The notes beneath the pieces are model-generated. The model did no database searches, had not been told where the DNA came from, and saw nothing but the letters and a program-made list of their open reading frames with translations. DNA of 64,000 nucleotides from assembly GCA_963829925.1 (NCBI GenBank), contig CAWHKQ010000016.1:74213-138212 (forward strand), given 5' to 3'. Each line of letters opens with the position of its first letter. Position 1 is the first letter of the stretch. Source of the DNA: an uncultured Acidobacteriota bacterium. Lineage in GTDB: Bacteria > Acidobacteriota > Thermoanaerobaculia > UBA5066 > Gp7-AA6. Positions 12,844-24,225 of the stretch are shown in pieces. Both the position numbers and the translations under genes were made by a program.

Positions 12844-13941
12844 TCATCCCGAAAGCGCGACCCGACCCTGGACGTTGTCGATGAAGGCCGAAATGACCGC
12901 GTCCTCCTGAAAGTCCGGACGGCGAGCGTGAGCGGCGGCGGCGTCGGCCATCGAACGGTAGACCGAGGAGTTGTCCCACAGCGTCGCCAGCGCCTGTTCC
13001 CATTCCGAGAGCTCGGCATCCGGATCGATGAGAATACCGCCCGGCCCGACCGCCTCGGGTAACCCGCCGCGCCGGCTCGCCAGCGCCGGGATGCCGCTCA
13101 CCTGGGCCTCGCTGACGACACGCCCCCAACCCTCCTCCCAGCGGCTGGGCGCCAGGATCAGCTTCGCCACAAGGTACACCGGCTTCATGTCCAATCCCCA
13201 ATTCCGCCAGTGGATGTTCGGCAAACACGCGGTCTCCTCGAGCATGGCGCGCCGAGACGCCGACGCAAGCTCCCACGATTCCACGAACTCGAAGGGAATG
13301 TCGGGCCGACGCCGGGCAAGCGCGAGCGCGATTTCGACGCCTTTGACCGGGTGAGGATTCACGAACACGACGCTCCGCCGCTCGCTCTGCACTCGGTAGA
13401 GGCCCGGCGTGACCAGGGGGGGCAGCACCGGCGGGCGGAAGCCATACTCTCGAGCGACCTTCGTCGCGGTAAAGCTCGAGTTGGCGAGGAAGCTCAGCCC
13501 CGGTCGCCGTCGAAGAGAGCCGCCGAGCTGGTGAAATTCGACGTCGTGGACGTAGAGAGTGGTCGGGATTCCCATCGCGGCGAAGGCCTCGGCGAGGGGT
13601 ACGGGGGCGCCTGCCTGGACGACGACCACCGAGGGCCGGACCGCGTCGGCAACGGCGCGGACGCTCTCGACCGTCGACGCGACGCGATACACGGGATAAC
13701 CCATCTGGGTGTCGCAGGGCAGAGCAGCCGTGCTGGCATAGACCCGACGCGCGAGCCGGGACGCGCGGTTCCAGAGACCTGTCTTCAGCGGCGTTGCGAG
13801 GACGCTGCAGTGCCACCCGCGTCGCATGAGGGCCAGGCAGAGTTCGTGGGTGGTGCTCTCCGATCCGCCCACCCGCTGAGGCAGGTAGGAATGGTTGGTC
13901 GCGAACAGACATCGCAACTGCCCCTGGCCGCTCTGAGTCAC
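12844..13941 (-). CDS. GT-B glycosyltransferase (family 4/1-like), intact
   Basis: ORF 12844..13941 (365 aa). The C-terminal half, EEGWGRVVSEAQVSGIPALASRRGGLPEAVGPGGILID, matches the GT1/GT4 E-x7-E region. It lies 28 nt upstream of the GT2 gene on the same strand. Confidence 0.82.
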   Translation of the reverse strand: MTQSGQGQLRCLFATNHSYLPQRVGGSESTTHELCLALMRRGWHCSVLATPLKTGLWNRASRLARRVYASTAALPCDTQMGYPVYRVASTVESVRAVADAVRPSVVVVQAGAPVPLAEAFAAMGIPTTLYVHDVEFHQLGGSLRRRPGLSFLANSSFTATKVAREYGFRPPVLPPLVTPGLYRVQSERRSVVFVNPHPVKGVEIALALARRRPDIPFEFVESWELASASRRAMLEETACLPNIHWRNWGLDMKPVYLVAKLILAPSRWEEGWGRVVSEAQVSGIPALASRRGGLPEAVGPGGILIDPDAELSEWEQALATLWDNSSVYRSMADAAAAHARRPDFQEDAVISAFIDNVQGRVALSG

Positions 13942-14003
13942 GACCGGAGCTGCCGGCCGTTCGGGATCGCCACCAGCTCCGTCACGTCTGCTTCCGTTTG
14001 TCG

Positions 14004-15327
14004 CTAGGTCGCTGGCGGCAGCTGAGCGAGGAACGGCATGTCGGCCCGCCAGATCGTCTCTTCGCGGCGCGGTCCGGTGGAGACGAGCACGGCGGGCGCG
14101 CCGACCGCGTCCTCGAGGGCGCGGACGTAGCGCTGCGCGGCGGACGGGGAGCTCCTCGTAGCGAGTGACGCCGGTGGTCGTGGCCTTCCAGCCGGGAAGC
14201 TTTTCGTAGTCGGGCTCGAGGCGTGCGACATCCTCGGCGAGCGCGGGCAGGTCGGAGATCGGCTTGCCGTCGAGGCGGTAGCCGAGGCAGACCGGGATCT
14301 CTTCGAGCTCGTCGAGGCAATCGAGCTTCGTGAGCGCGAAGGCGGCGGCGCCGGAGAGCTCGACGGCCGTGCGGGCGACGACGGCGTCGAACCAGCCCGG
14401 TCCGCCTCGGCCGCCCGGTGGATGTCCCGTACTCGTTCCCGCGCTTGCGGAGAAACTCGCCGGTGTCGTCTTTCAGCTCGGTGGGGAAGGGGCCCTCTCC
14501 GACGCGCGTCGTGTAGGCCTTGATGACCAGGAGGCTCGCGTCGAGGGCCCGCGGCGCGATCTCGAGGCCGCAGGCGACCGAGCCGGCCGTGCAGTGGGAC
14601 GACGTGACGAAGGGATACGTGCCCGCGGACAGGTCGAGCATCGCGCCGTGCGCGCCCTCCGCGAGCAGCGTCGCACCGGCCTTGAGCTGGTTGCGCAGGT
14701 ATCTGCCGGTGTCGGCGACGTGCGGCTCGGATGCGCTCGGCCGCGGGGCGCGAGCTCCGCGAGCACGGCGTTCGGCGGACGGGACGTCCGATTCCCCGAG
14801 GGCGCGCAGGAGCTCGCCCGTCTCTTCGGCGATGGCTTCGACGCGCGCGGCCAGCGTCGCGGGCCGGTAGAGCTCCGCGACCCGGATGGCGCGCCGGGCG
14901 GCGAGCGACTCGTACGCCGGCCCGATTCCGCGGAGCGTCGTGCCGATCTTGGCTTCGCCGGCGGCCCGCTCCCGGGCGGCGTCCAGCAGGCGGTGGTACG
15001 GAAGGATGACGGTCGCCCGATCGGAGAGCCGGAGGTTCTCGCCGATCTCCACGCCGGCTTCCGCGCACCTGTCCATCTCGGACAGGAGCGCCTCGAGGTC
15101 GACGACGACTCCCGGGCCCGATGACGGACGGTCGCCCGCGGACGATGCCGGCGGGGAGCAGGTGGAGCGCGAAGTGCTGCGTTCCCGAACTTGACCGTGT
15201 GGCCGGCGTTGTGGCCGCCGTGGTAGCGCGCCACGATGTCGAAGCGGTTGCGAGAGAGGTCGACGAGCTTTCCCTTGCCCTCGTCTCCCCATTGCCCGCC
15301 AAGGACGGCCAGGACCTTCACGCTCAT
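14004..15327 (-). CDS. purA: adenylosuccinate synthetase, at least 4 apparent frameshifts
   Basis: The N-terminus [23 protein letters not shown]...[11 protein letters not shown] is in ORF 14473..15327. The middle ([58 protein letters not shown]) is in ORF 13982..15292. The C-terminus ([30 protein letters not shown]) is in ORF 14004..15302. Confidence 0.9.
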
Positions 15328-15401
15328 ACTCCTCGCTCTTGTTCGAAACGCGCGACCGGCGGAAAATCAGCGCCGGCTAACAGCGTCCGGCCCTGTCAGC
15401 T

Positions 15402-15407
15402 TAGAAT
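15402..15407 (+). promoter_or_regulatory. candidate -10 box TAGAAT upstream of hutH
   Basis: The AT-rich hexamer TAGAAT(C) lies in the purA/hutH divergent spacer, 17 nt before ATG 15425. The same heptamer recurs upstream of murJ, prs and rplY. Confidence 0.35.
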
Positions 15408-15424
15408 CGGCCGCCGTGAAGATC

Positions 15425-16959
15425 ATGACGGCTCTCCGGCGAAGGCCTGACCCTGGACGACCTCGTGGCCATGGCGGAGCGCGGCAGGCTCGCGTCGGCG
15501 CTGTCTCCCAAAGCCCGCCGGGCGATGACCGCCTCGCGCCGCGTCGTCGACCGCGCGGTCCGCTCGGGGGAGACGGTCTACGGCGTGACGACGGGCTTCG
15601 GCAAGTTCGCCGACGTCGCGATCCCGCGGGAGAAGATCGAAGCGCTCCAGCGCAACCTGATCCGAAGCCACGCCGCGGGCGTCGGGCGTCCGCGCTGCCG
15701 GACCGCGTCGGTGCGCGCGATGATGGCGCTGCGGGCCAACGCCCTCGCGCGCGGGAACTCCGGCATTCGCGTCGCGACGGTCGAGACGCTCGCTCGCGAT
15801 GCTCGCGGCCGACGTCCTGCCGCTCGTTCCCGCGCAGGGCTCCGTCGGCGCGTCGGGGGATCTCGCTCCGCTCGCGCATCTCGCCCTCGGCCTGATGGGC
15901 GAGGGCCGCGTCCGCCGGTCCGGGGCCGGGAGTCGGGCCGCGCTCGGATGCGTTGCGGGCCGCGCGGCATCCGGCCGGTCGCTCTCGGGGCCAAGGAAGG
16001 GCTCGCGCTCGATCAACGGCGTCCAGATGTCGGTCGCCGTCGGCGGCCTCGCGCTTGAGCCGCGCGATCGAGCTCGCGCGACGTCGGCCGACCTCGTCGG
16101 CGCCGCGTCGCTCGACGCCTCCCGCGGCTCGGACGCCGCGTTCGACAGTCGCGATCGTCGCGGCGCGGCCGCACCCGGGAGCGGTGGAGCGCGCGGCCAA
16201 CCTGCGCGGGCGCTTCTGACGGGAGCGCGATCCGGGAGTCGCATCGCGGCTGCGGCCGGGTGCAGGACAACTACGCGCTGCGCTGCATGCCCCAGGTCCA
16301 CGGCGCGGCGCGCGACGCCTTCGCCCACGCCCGCGAGGTGCTCGAGCGCGAGATGAACAGCGCGACCGACAATCCGCTCGTCTTCGCGGGGCAGGGCGAC
16401 ATCGTCTCGGGAGGCAACTTCCACGGCGCGCCGGTCGGGTTCGTCCTCGACTACGCGGCGATCGCGGCCACGGACCTCGCGTCGATCTCGGAGCGCCGGA
16501 TCGAGAAGCTCGTCAACCCGGCGCTCTCGGACCTGCCGGCGTTCCTCGTCGCGGAAGGGGGCGTGAACTCCGGGCTCATGATGGCGCAGGTCACGGCCGC
16601 CGCGCTCGTGTCGGAGTGCAAGGTGCTCGCGCACCCCGCCTCCGTCGACTCGATCCCGACGTCCGCGGCCAAGGAGGACCACGTCTCGATGTCGCCGATC
16701 GCGGCGCGAAAGCTCGCGGCGATCGTCGAGAACCTGGAGCGGGTGCTCGCAATCGAGCTCTCGCGGCGTTTCAGGCGATGGAGTTCCTGCGGCCCCTCGA
16801 CCTCCTCGCGCCCGATCGAGCGCGTGCGCCGCGCTCTTCCGCCGCAAGGTGCGCGCCTGGGACCGCCGACCGGGAGCTGCTACCCGGATCTCGAGGCGGC
16901 GCGGGCGGTTCCTCTCGAGCGCCGGCGGTCGCGCGGGGAGAATCGCCGGTCTGCCGTAG
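15425..16959 (+). CDS. hutH: histidine ammonia-lyase, at least 5 apparent frameshifts; 3' end uncertain (16959-17014)
   Basis: Stitched from ORFs 15236..15895, 15465..16058 ([25 protein letters not shown]), 15799..16356 ([20 protein letters not shown], the MIO Ala-Ser-Gly motif) and 16260.. ([48 protein letters not shown]). Confidence 0.88.
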
Positions 16960-17010
16960 AGCCCCGCCGGAAGGCCGGGGAGAAACCGCCTCGCCCATAT
17001 ATCCCGGGCC

Positions 17011-18703
17011 ATGAGCGCCGAGCCGTGCCTGGCGCCCTCCCGCACGGTCCGCGCGGCCCGCGGAACGCGAGCTCCGCTGCCGCGGCTGGCAGCAGGAAGC
17101 CGCGCTCCGGATGCTCGAGAACAACCTCGATCCCGGACGTGGCGGAAAAGCCGGACGAGCTGATCGTCTACGGCGGCACCGGGCGGGCCGCGCGCAACTG
17201 GGAGGCGTTCGACACGATCGTCGCGACGCTGAAGCGCCTGCGGAGCAACGAGACGATGCTGGTTCAGTCGGGCAAGGCGGTCGGCGTGTTCGAGACGCAC
17301 GAGGAGGCCCCGCGCGTCCTGATCTCGAACGCGATGCTCGTTCCGGCCTGGGCGACGGGCGACGAGTTCCGCCGCCTCGAGGGCCTCGGCCTGACCATGT
17401 ACGGCCAGATGACGGCGGGCTCGTGGATCTACATCGGCAGCCAGGGCATCGTCCAGGGAACGTTCGAGACGTTCGCAGCCGCGGCCCAGGCGATTTCGGC
17501 GGCGATCTCTGCGGGCCGCCTGGTCGTGACGGCGGGCCTCGGCGGGATGGGCGGCGCGCAGCCTCTGGCCGCGACGATGAACGGCGCGGTCGCGCTCGTG
17601 GCCGAGGTGGATCCCGGAGCGGATCGAGAAGCGTCTGCGACGCGTTATCTGGACGAGAAAGAGGACCGACCTCGATCGCGCCATCGACCGGGCGCTCGAC
17701 GGCGAAGGATCGCGCGCGCAGCCGTGTCGATCGGCGTCGAGGCCAACGCCGTGGATCTTCTCGAGAGGCTCCTCGCCCGCGACGTCCTACCCGACCTCGT
17801 CACCGACCAGACGTCGGCCCACGACGAGCTCGTACGGCTACGTTCCGCGGGGCGGCACGCTCGAGGAGCTCGGCCGCCTGCGGCGCAGAGGATCCCGAAG
17901 CAGTACATCGAGCGTTCCTACGCGACGATGGCCGACCACGTGCGCGCTCTCCTCGAGCTGCAAGCGCCGCGGCGCGGTCGTCTTCGACTACGGCAACAAC
18001 CTTCGCGGGCAGGCGCAGAAGGCGGGCGTCGCGGACGCCTTCGACATCGGCGGGTTCGTGCCGCTGTACATCCGGCCGCTCTTCTGCGAGGGCAAGGGGC
18101 CGTTCCGGTGGGCCGCGCTCTCGGGCGACCCGCGAGGACATCCGACGATCACGGATCGCGCGCTGCTCGAGCTCTTCCCCGAGGACGCGCGGACTCGCGC
18201 GCTGGCTCCGCCTCGCCGAGGAGCGCATCGCCTTCCAGGGGCTTCCGGCCCGCATCTGCTGGCTCGGGTACGGGGAGCGCGCACCGCGCGGGGCTCGCTG
18301 TTCAACGACCTCGTCCGGCGCGGGCGAGCTGCGCGCGCCGATCGTCATCGGGCGCGATCACCTCGACGCCGGCTCGGTCGCCTCTCCGAATCGCGAGACC
18401 GAGGGGATGCGCGACGGCTCCGACGCGATCGCGGACTGGCCGATCCTGAACGCTCTGGTCAACACGGCGTGCGGGCGCGACGCTGGGTCTCGGTGCATCA
18501 CGGGGGAGGCGTCGGCATCGGGAACTCGATCCACGCCGGGATGGTCGTGCGTCGCGGACGGCACCGAGCGGCGCGAGCGCCGCCTGCGGCGCGTGCTGAC
18601 GAGCGATCCGGGCACGGGAGTGATGCGGCACGCCGACGCCGGCTACCCGGAGGCGATCCGAGCGGCCCGCGAGCGGGGAGTGGACCTGCCGTCTCTTGAC
18701 TGA
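17011..18703 (+). CDS. hutU: urocanate hydratase, many apparent frameshifts
   Basis: From ATG 17011. Pieces in three frames include [141 protein letters not shown] and [10 protein letters not shown], with the stop at 18703. Confidence 0.9.
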
Positions 18704-20830
18704 CGCGTCGGCAGGTCCCGGTGTGAACGTGCGACGCACCGCGCGCCTCGCCAGTCTTCTTGCCGCGGCGGCGCTGCTCCTGCGGCTGGACGGGTGGATT
18801 CCGACGGCGGCCCGCAGGCGCCGGGCGCCGCGCCGCCGCCGCCCGCGATCTCGCGGGCCCTCGAGGACGTCGCGGAGGACTCTCGCGGCGCGCCCGCGCT
18901 CTGGCCGACGACCCGGAGGTCGCCAGGTCGCTCGAAGGCGGAGGCATCGCGGTGCGCGGCAGGCTCTCTTCGCCGGCGCGCGGAAGGCGATGGAAGACGC
19001 GGCCGCCGGGAGCTGGATCGCGCTCGCCGGATCCCGCGGGCAAGGCCCACGCCTGGTGGGGCGACGCTCCCGAGCGAGATTCCGCGAAACGCGCCGCCCG
19101 GGCACTCTCGCGGTGCGCTGGTCGGCGACCCGGTTCGAGCTGCTGCACTGGCGCGTCGCGGGAGCGGAGCGTTCTGCCGGGGTGGTCTGCGCCGGCCGGT
19201 CGCTTCCCGTCGGAGCGCCGGAGTTCGCGCGGGCTCTGGACCTCGAAGGCCCGGCGCGGACTGGGAGCCCGCGTCGCCCGGCCTCGGCGGCCCGCGCTGC
19301 TCGCGACCACTCAGGGGGAGGCGCTCATCGCGGCCGCCCGACGGACGTGCCGATCGGGACCGAGCCGCCTGTGGCGCCGCGTGGTCCTGGGGCTCCTCTC
19401 CGGGTCGGTCTGTGGCTCGTCTTCGGCCCGTCCGGCTGGATCGGCGCGGGCCTGGCCGTCCTCTTCCTGACCGCGCGTGCGGCGCCGGCGGAGGCGCGCG
19501 ATTCTGGCGTCGCCGACTCCCTGGCTTCTCGCCGCCGGCGTCGCCGCGTTGCCGGCGGCACTCGCGCTTCTGCGGCGCGGGGGCCGGACGCCACCGGCCT
19601 CCGCGTGGCGGGAGGCTACGCCCTCTTTGCCGCGGCGCTCGTCGCCGCGCGCCGCGTGGTCGTGCCCGATCTGGGCTCGCCGTTCTCCCTGACCGAGCGC
19701 TCTCTTCCTGTCTCTCGTCGCCCTGACCGCTCTGGTGGGGCCGCGGCTGGCGCTCGCGGCCTCGGGAGCCGCGGCGCCGCGCTGGCGCGGGTGGACGAGC
19801 TGGCGGTTCTGGCCACGTCCGCGGCGGTCGATCGCGGCGCTGCTCGCTGCGTCTCCGCCGCCGTCTCTATCCGCTCGCGGTGGGCGCGGCCGGAGTGCTC
19901 TGCTTCGAGGCCTGGAGGCGTTCGATCGCGTCGGCGCGCGGAGAGGGGGCGCCCTCGGACCGTTTCGGCTCGTCGCGCGGAGCGACGCTTCTGATGCTTC
20001 TGGTGGCGCCGCCGATCCACGAGCATCTGCGGGCGGATGCGGCGTACCGGGTCGCGCTCCGCGATCCGGCTGCCGGACCCGGAGCGGATTTCGGCGGGGG
20101 CGGTCGTCGCGGTGCGGCGCGCCGATCGAGCGCGTCGAACGTTTCGATCTCGCGCGCGAGCTGCCGGCCCCGGTCGAGCAGGTCGACCTCTCGGATCTCG
20201 CGTACCGCCTGTGGCGGGACGGCAAGAAGCAGGCGGCCTCACCGGCGCTCGTGGCCTACGAGGTGTCGACTGGCGCGGGCGCCGCGCGCAGCCGGTTTTC
20301 GCTGATCCCCGAGGAGGACGCCTCGGCGCGCGGGGTCGAGCCGGGAGTCGCAGATCGACCGCCACCGGGTCGCGATCGTGCGTCAAACGGCGCAGTTACG
20401 CGAGGCCGGGGAGCCGTGGGGCCGTCGTCACGGTCGCGGTCGCGGACTGGCCGGGCTGGGACCCGCTGCCTCCGCGCCTCGAGGTGTACGGCGGCTCGGC
20501 GGGCGCCGCGCCCTCCGGCGCGCTGAGCCGCGGCCGTTTCTCGGCTTCTACGGGCCGGACGGGACGCCCCGGGAGGAGGGGCCGGAGCTGCCGCCTTCGG
20601 TTCTCCAGCGCGTGCGCGCGACCCGCCGGGCCGAGCGAGATCCGCCTCCGCTTTCGCGAGGAGGAGCTCTGGGGGGAGGTGCGGCCGATGCCCGAGGGCT
20701 TCCAGCTCGTCGCGATTCCGGGGCCGGATTTCCTCGGCGTCTCGCTGACGGCCGCGCTTCTGCTGCCGGCCGCGGCCGGCGGTCTGTACCTCCTGGGCGG
20801 CGCTGCTCGCGCTCGCGCGCTTCGTCGCTG
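18696..20830 (+). CDS. membrane-associated region of unknown function, heavily frameshifted; possibly the N-terminal extension of the downstream histidine kinase rather than a separate gene
   Basis: The TTG start overlaps the hutU stop. Hydrophobic N-terminus [12 protein letters not shown]. Readable islands lie in three frames: [62 protein letters not shown], several TM-like stretches ([38 protein letters not shown]), and [35 protein letters not shown] found no clean stop before the kinase module. Confidence 0.4.
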
Positions 20831-22721
20831 AACCGGCGCGCGGCTCGCGCGGAGCTGCTTCCTCCGGGGATGCGGACGTTTCCGCGGGCGGCTCGTCGCT
20901 CTGTTCGTGCTGTCCGTGATGATTCCGCTTCTGGCGGTGACCTTCTTTCTCCGCTCCTCGATCGAGAGCCGCTCGGCGACAGGACACGCTGGACCACGCG
21001 CGGACGGCGCTCGAAACGGCCCGCCGGGTCCTCGACGACTACCTGCCGTCGGCGCCGGCCGCGGCGAGGCCGACTGCGCCTTCTCGACGACAGCCTCGCT
21101 CTCCTGGCTCGCCAACGCCGTCGGGTTCGACCTCTCGGTGTACTCGCCCGACGCGCGTCTCGTGGCGAGCTCCCGCCGCGACCTCTACGCCGCGGGCCTT
21201 CTGCCCGTCGCGCGTGCCCGGCGCGAGCTTCGTGGCCGTCGGGCCTCGGCGAGGCGCGGGAGCGCGCGGAGGCGCGGCGTCGTCGCGGGACAGCCGGTTC
21301 GAGGAGATCATGACCGCGCTGTCGGCGGTGCCCGGCAGTGCCCGGCGTGCGAAGCCCGGTGCTCCTCTCGCTGCTGCTGCTCCCGCAGCAGCGGGTCGCG
21401 GAGGCGGAGGCCGCGCAGCTGACCGCCGCGGTGTCCGGCGTTCAGCCTTCTGGTCTTCCTGATCTCCGCGGCGATCGCCGGGCGGCTGGCGGTGCGCGTC
21501 GCCCGGCCCGTGGCGGATCTCGTGGAGGGAACGCGCGCGGTCGCGCGCGGCGATTTCTCGCCGCAGCTCGACGAGCCGCCCGACGAGGAGCTGCGCGAGC
21601 TCGTCCGGGCGTTCCTCTACATGTCGCGCAGCCTGAAGGAGCAGACGGAGGCGCTGTCCCGGGAGAAGGAGCGCCTGGCGACGCTTCTCGCCCAGCTGAC
21701 GGCCGGTGTCGTGGCCTACGGCGCGGATCGCCACGGTCCTGCTGGCCAACCCGGCGTCCGCCCATCTCGGGCGGGGCCGGGTCGACGGCGCGACGCTCGA
21801 GGAGGTCTTCCCGGGAGAGGCGATGGCGGCCCGTGCGCAGACGTGCTCTCCCGTTTCGGGCGTCCACGTGTCCGCGGAGCTCGAGCCGCGGCCCGGCGAG
21901 CGCTGGCGGGTCGTCACCGTGCCGCTGCCCCTCGGCGGCGGAGGGCGCCGCATGGCCGTCATCGAGGACGTGTCGGACGTCGTGCGGTCGAATCGCCTCG
22001 CCGCGTGGGCCGAAATGGCGCGGATCATCGCCCACGAGATCAAGAACCCGTTGACTCCGATCCGACTCTCCGTCGAACATCTTCGGGAAGTGTGGAAAGC
22101 GACAGTCTCCCGAGTTCGACCGCGTGCTGGAGGAGTGCGTGAGCGAACGTGCTGCGTCAGACCGACGAGCTGCGGCGCTCGGCGGCGGAATTCTCGGACT
22201 ACTCCCGCCTGCCGCGTCCCGAGATGCGGCCGACGGACATCGGCGAGCTCGTGCGGGAGGCGGCCTCCGCGTACGCGGGCGCGTCCGGGGTCCGCTGGGA
22301 CGTCCGTGGCGCCGGCGGGCCTCCAGGCCATGGCCGATGCGCGGCTGCTGGTCGCGAGTGCTGTCGAACCTGATCGGCAACTCGGTCGAGGCGCTCGACG
22401 GGACGCGGCGTGATCCGGCTGGCGGCGGAACGCCGCGGCGGACCGGTCGTCGTCTCCGTCGAGGACGACGGCCCGGAGTCCCGCGCGAATCCTGCCGCGG
22501 CTCTTCGACCCGTACTTCTCGGCCAAGAGCGGCGGGACCGGGCTCGGACTGGCGATCGCCAAGAAGATCGTGGAGGAGCACGGCGGACCGTCGGCGCGGA
22601 GAACCGCGCCGACGGCGGCTTCCGCGTGCGCTTCGACCTTCCGGCCCTCGCGACCGGCGAGGGCCGGCTTCGTGAGGGCGAGCGTCGGCGCTGCCCGGCT
22701 CGCGGTCGCGCTCGCTCGTGA
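20831..22721 (+). CDS. NtrY-like sensor histidine kinase module (TM - HAMP - PAS - HisKA - HATPase), many apparent frameshifts
   Basis: [110 protein letters not shown]-box [28 protein letters not shown]-box [12 protein letters not shown], and G-boxes SVEDDGPG / [18 protein letters not shown], spread over ORFs 20907.., 21492.., 21706.., 22124.., 22149.. and 22410..22721. Confidence 0.8.
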
Positions 22722-23923
22722 GCGGCCGGCTGCCGGGCCGGAAGAGACCGCCGCGGCCGCGCGGCCGGACCGTCCCGAAGGGCAACGGCGTCTGGCTCAC
22801 GGACGTCGCGGCGGCGCGGAGAGCCGGGCCATCGAGGATCGCCTCCAGCGTCTCGGCGCCGCCGCTCTCTTCCTGCCCGCCGGAGACGTCAGGTTCGAGC
22901 GACGGGCGGCTGACGTCTGGATGGAAGGCCAGCCGCCTCCCCGGCCGGTGACCCGCGTGCCCGTCGTCCTCGTCGTGCGCGGCGGACCGGTCGGTCCGCT
23001 CGCCGTCGGACGGCAAGATCGCGGCCGATGCGGCCGGCTCGGCGCTGGCGAAGGCACTGGCGCCCGCCCTCGCCGCCGGAGGCCGGCTTCGGGCGCGTGA
23101 CCGGCGTCCTTCTCGATCTTCCCGTTTTCGGCGACGACGAGCGTCGCGCGAGGCGCCGAGCTCGTCGGAGCGGTGAAGCGGGGATTGCCCGCCGGCGTGT
23201 TCGCGGCGATCGCGATGCGCGCGTGCGCCCGTGCTCGGAGGACGAGCGCAAGGCGCTCGAGCCGCTCGTCTCCGCGGCCGACGGGATCGTGGCCTTCGTC
23301 TTCGGCGCGGAAGGGAGAGCCGATCCGCTCGCCATCGACGCGCTGCGCCGGCCCTGGTGGGCCGTCTACAGTGCCGCGGCCGGGCGCGGCGCGCCTCCGG
23401 CGGAGCCCGTCGCGGAGCGCTACCTGGAGCGCCTGCTGCGGGCGAGGACCCCGGAGTCGATTTCGAGAATGACCTGTCGGCCGCCAAGGCCGCCGTCGCG
23501 GGCTTTCATTTGACCGCGCGGCAGCCGGTGCAGCTCGAGGGCCTCTCGCTCTCGGCGGGAGAGCGGGTGACTTTCCGCGTCCCGGCGCTCCCGGAGATGC
23601 TCTTCCAGCTCGGCGCCAACCTGGCGGGCAAGCGCTTCGTCCTCGGCCGGGTCCTCCTCTTCGAAGGAGCCTCCGACGCGGAGCGGGTTTTTCCGGTCGC
23701 CGCCTTCGAGGACGTGCTGCTCGGGCGCGCGCTCAAGCCTTCCCTCGACGTGACGGCGCAGCCCGCCGGGAACCGGATCGTTCTCGTGGAGGCGGTCAAC
23801 GCGGCGCCGCACGCCTCGACGGTGTCGCGGCAGTCGAACTGGATCGAGGTGGATCTCGCCCCGGCACGCGCGGCCGACGTGCAGCCGGGCGGATTCGACC
23901 GCTACGAGGCGTACGACGCCTAG
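22718..23923 (+). CDS. hypothetical protein, frameshifted; no receiver or HTH motif seen
   Basis: The start overlaps the kinase stop. Readable parts: [74 protein letters not shown]. There is a clean C-terminal 170 aa in ORF 23231..23923 ([53 protein letters not shown]...[28 protein letters not shown]). Confidence 0.55.
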
Positions 23924-24225
23924 GGACGTCCGGTCACTCCCGGCCGCGCGACGCGCGTGAGGCTCTACGAGACCTGCTCGCTCCGGTCGAGACGATCTCG
24001 TGCCGGCGCGCATCCTCATGCGCGGCGCCCTGCCCCGGACCTGTTGCCCGATGCGCCTGCGTCTGATCGCCGCGGCGGGACCGGAGCTCGCGACCGACTG
24101 GAGTCCGGCGCCGCCGCCGCCCGACGCCCGTGCCCTACGAAGCCGGCTAGGCGGCGGAGGTAGGCTTCCGCGCGCGCGCGGAACGAGCCAACGAGCTTCG
24201 CGAGCGGTCCCGACAGCGACGAAGA

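Noticed and set aside
22718-23923. I expected an NtrX-type sigma-54 response regulator downstream of the NtrY-like kinase.
   Set aside because: In none of the three frames did I see a receiver-domain acidic pocket with a conserved Lys, a Walker A/GAFTGA AAA+ motif, or a Fis-type HTH. The gene is kept as hypothetical.
23924-24225. ORFs 23957..24163(+) and 24000..24341(+), in the gap between the hypothetical gene and pssA.
   Set aside because: Their translations are Arg/Pro-rich and low-complexity. Part of this gap is more likely the frameshifted 3' extension of pssA, because an extra TM-like segment (IALAALCVMIFVAV) is readable on the minus strand.
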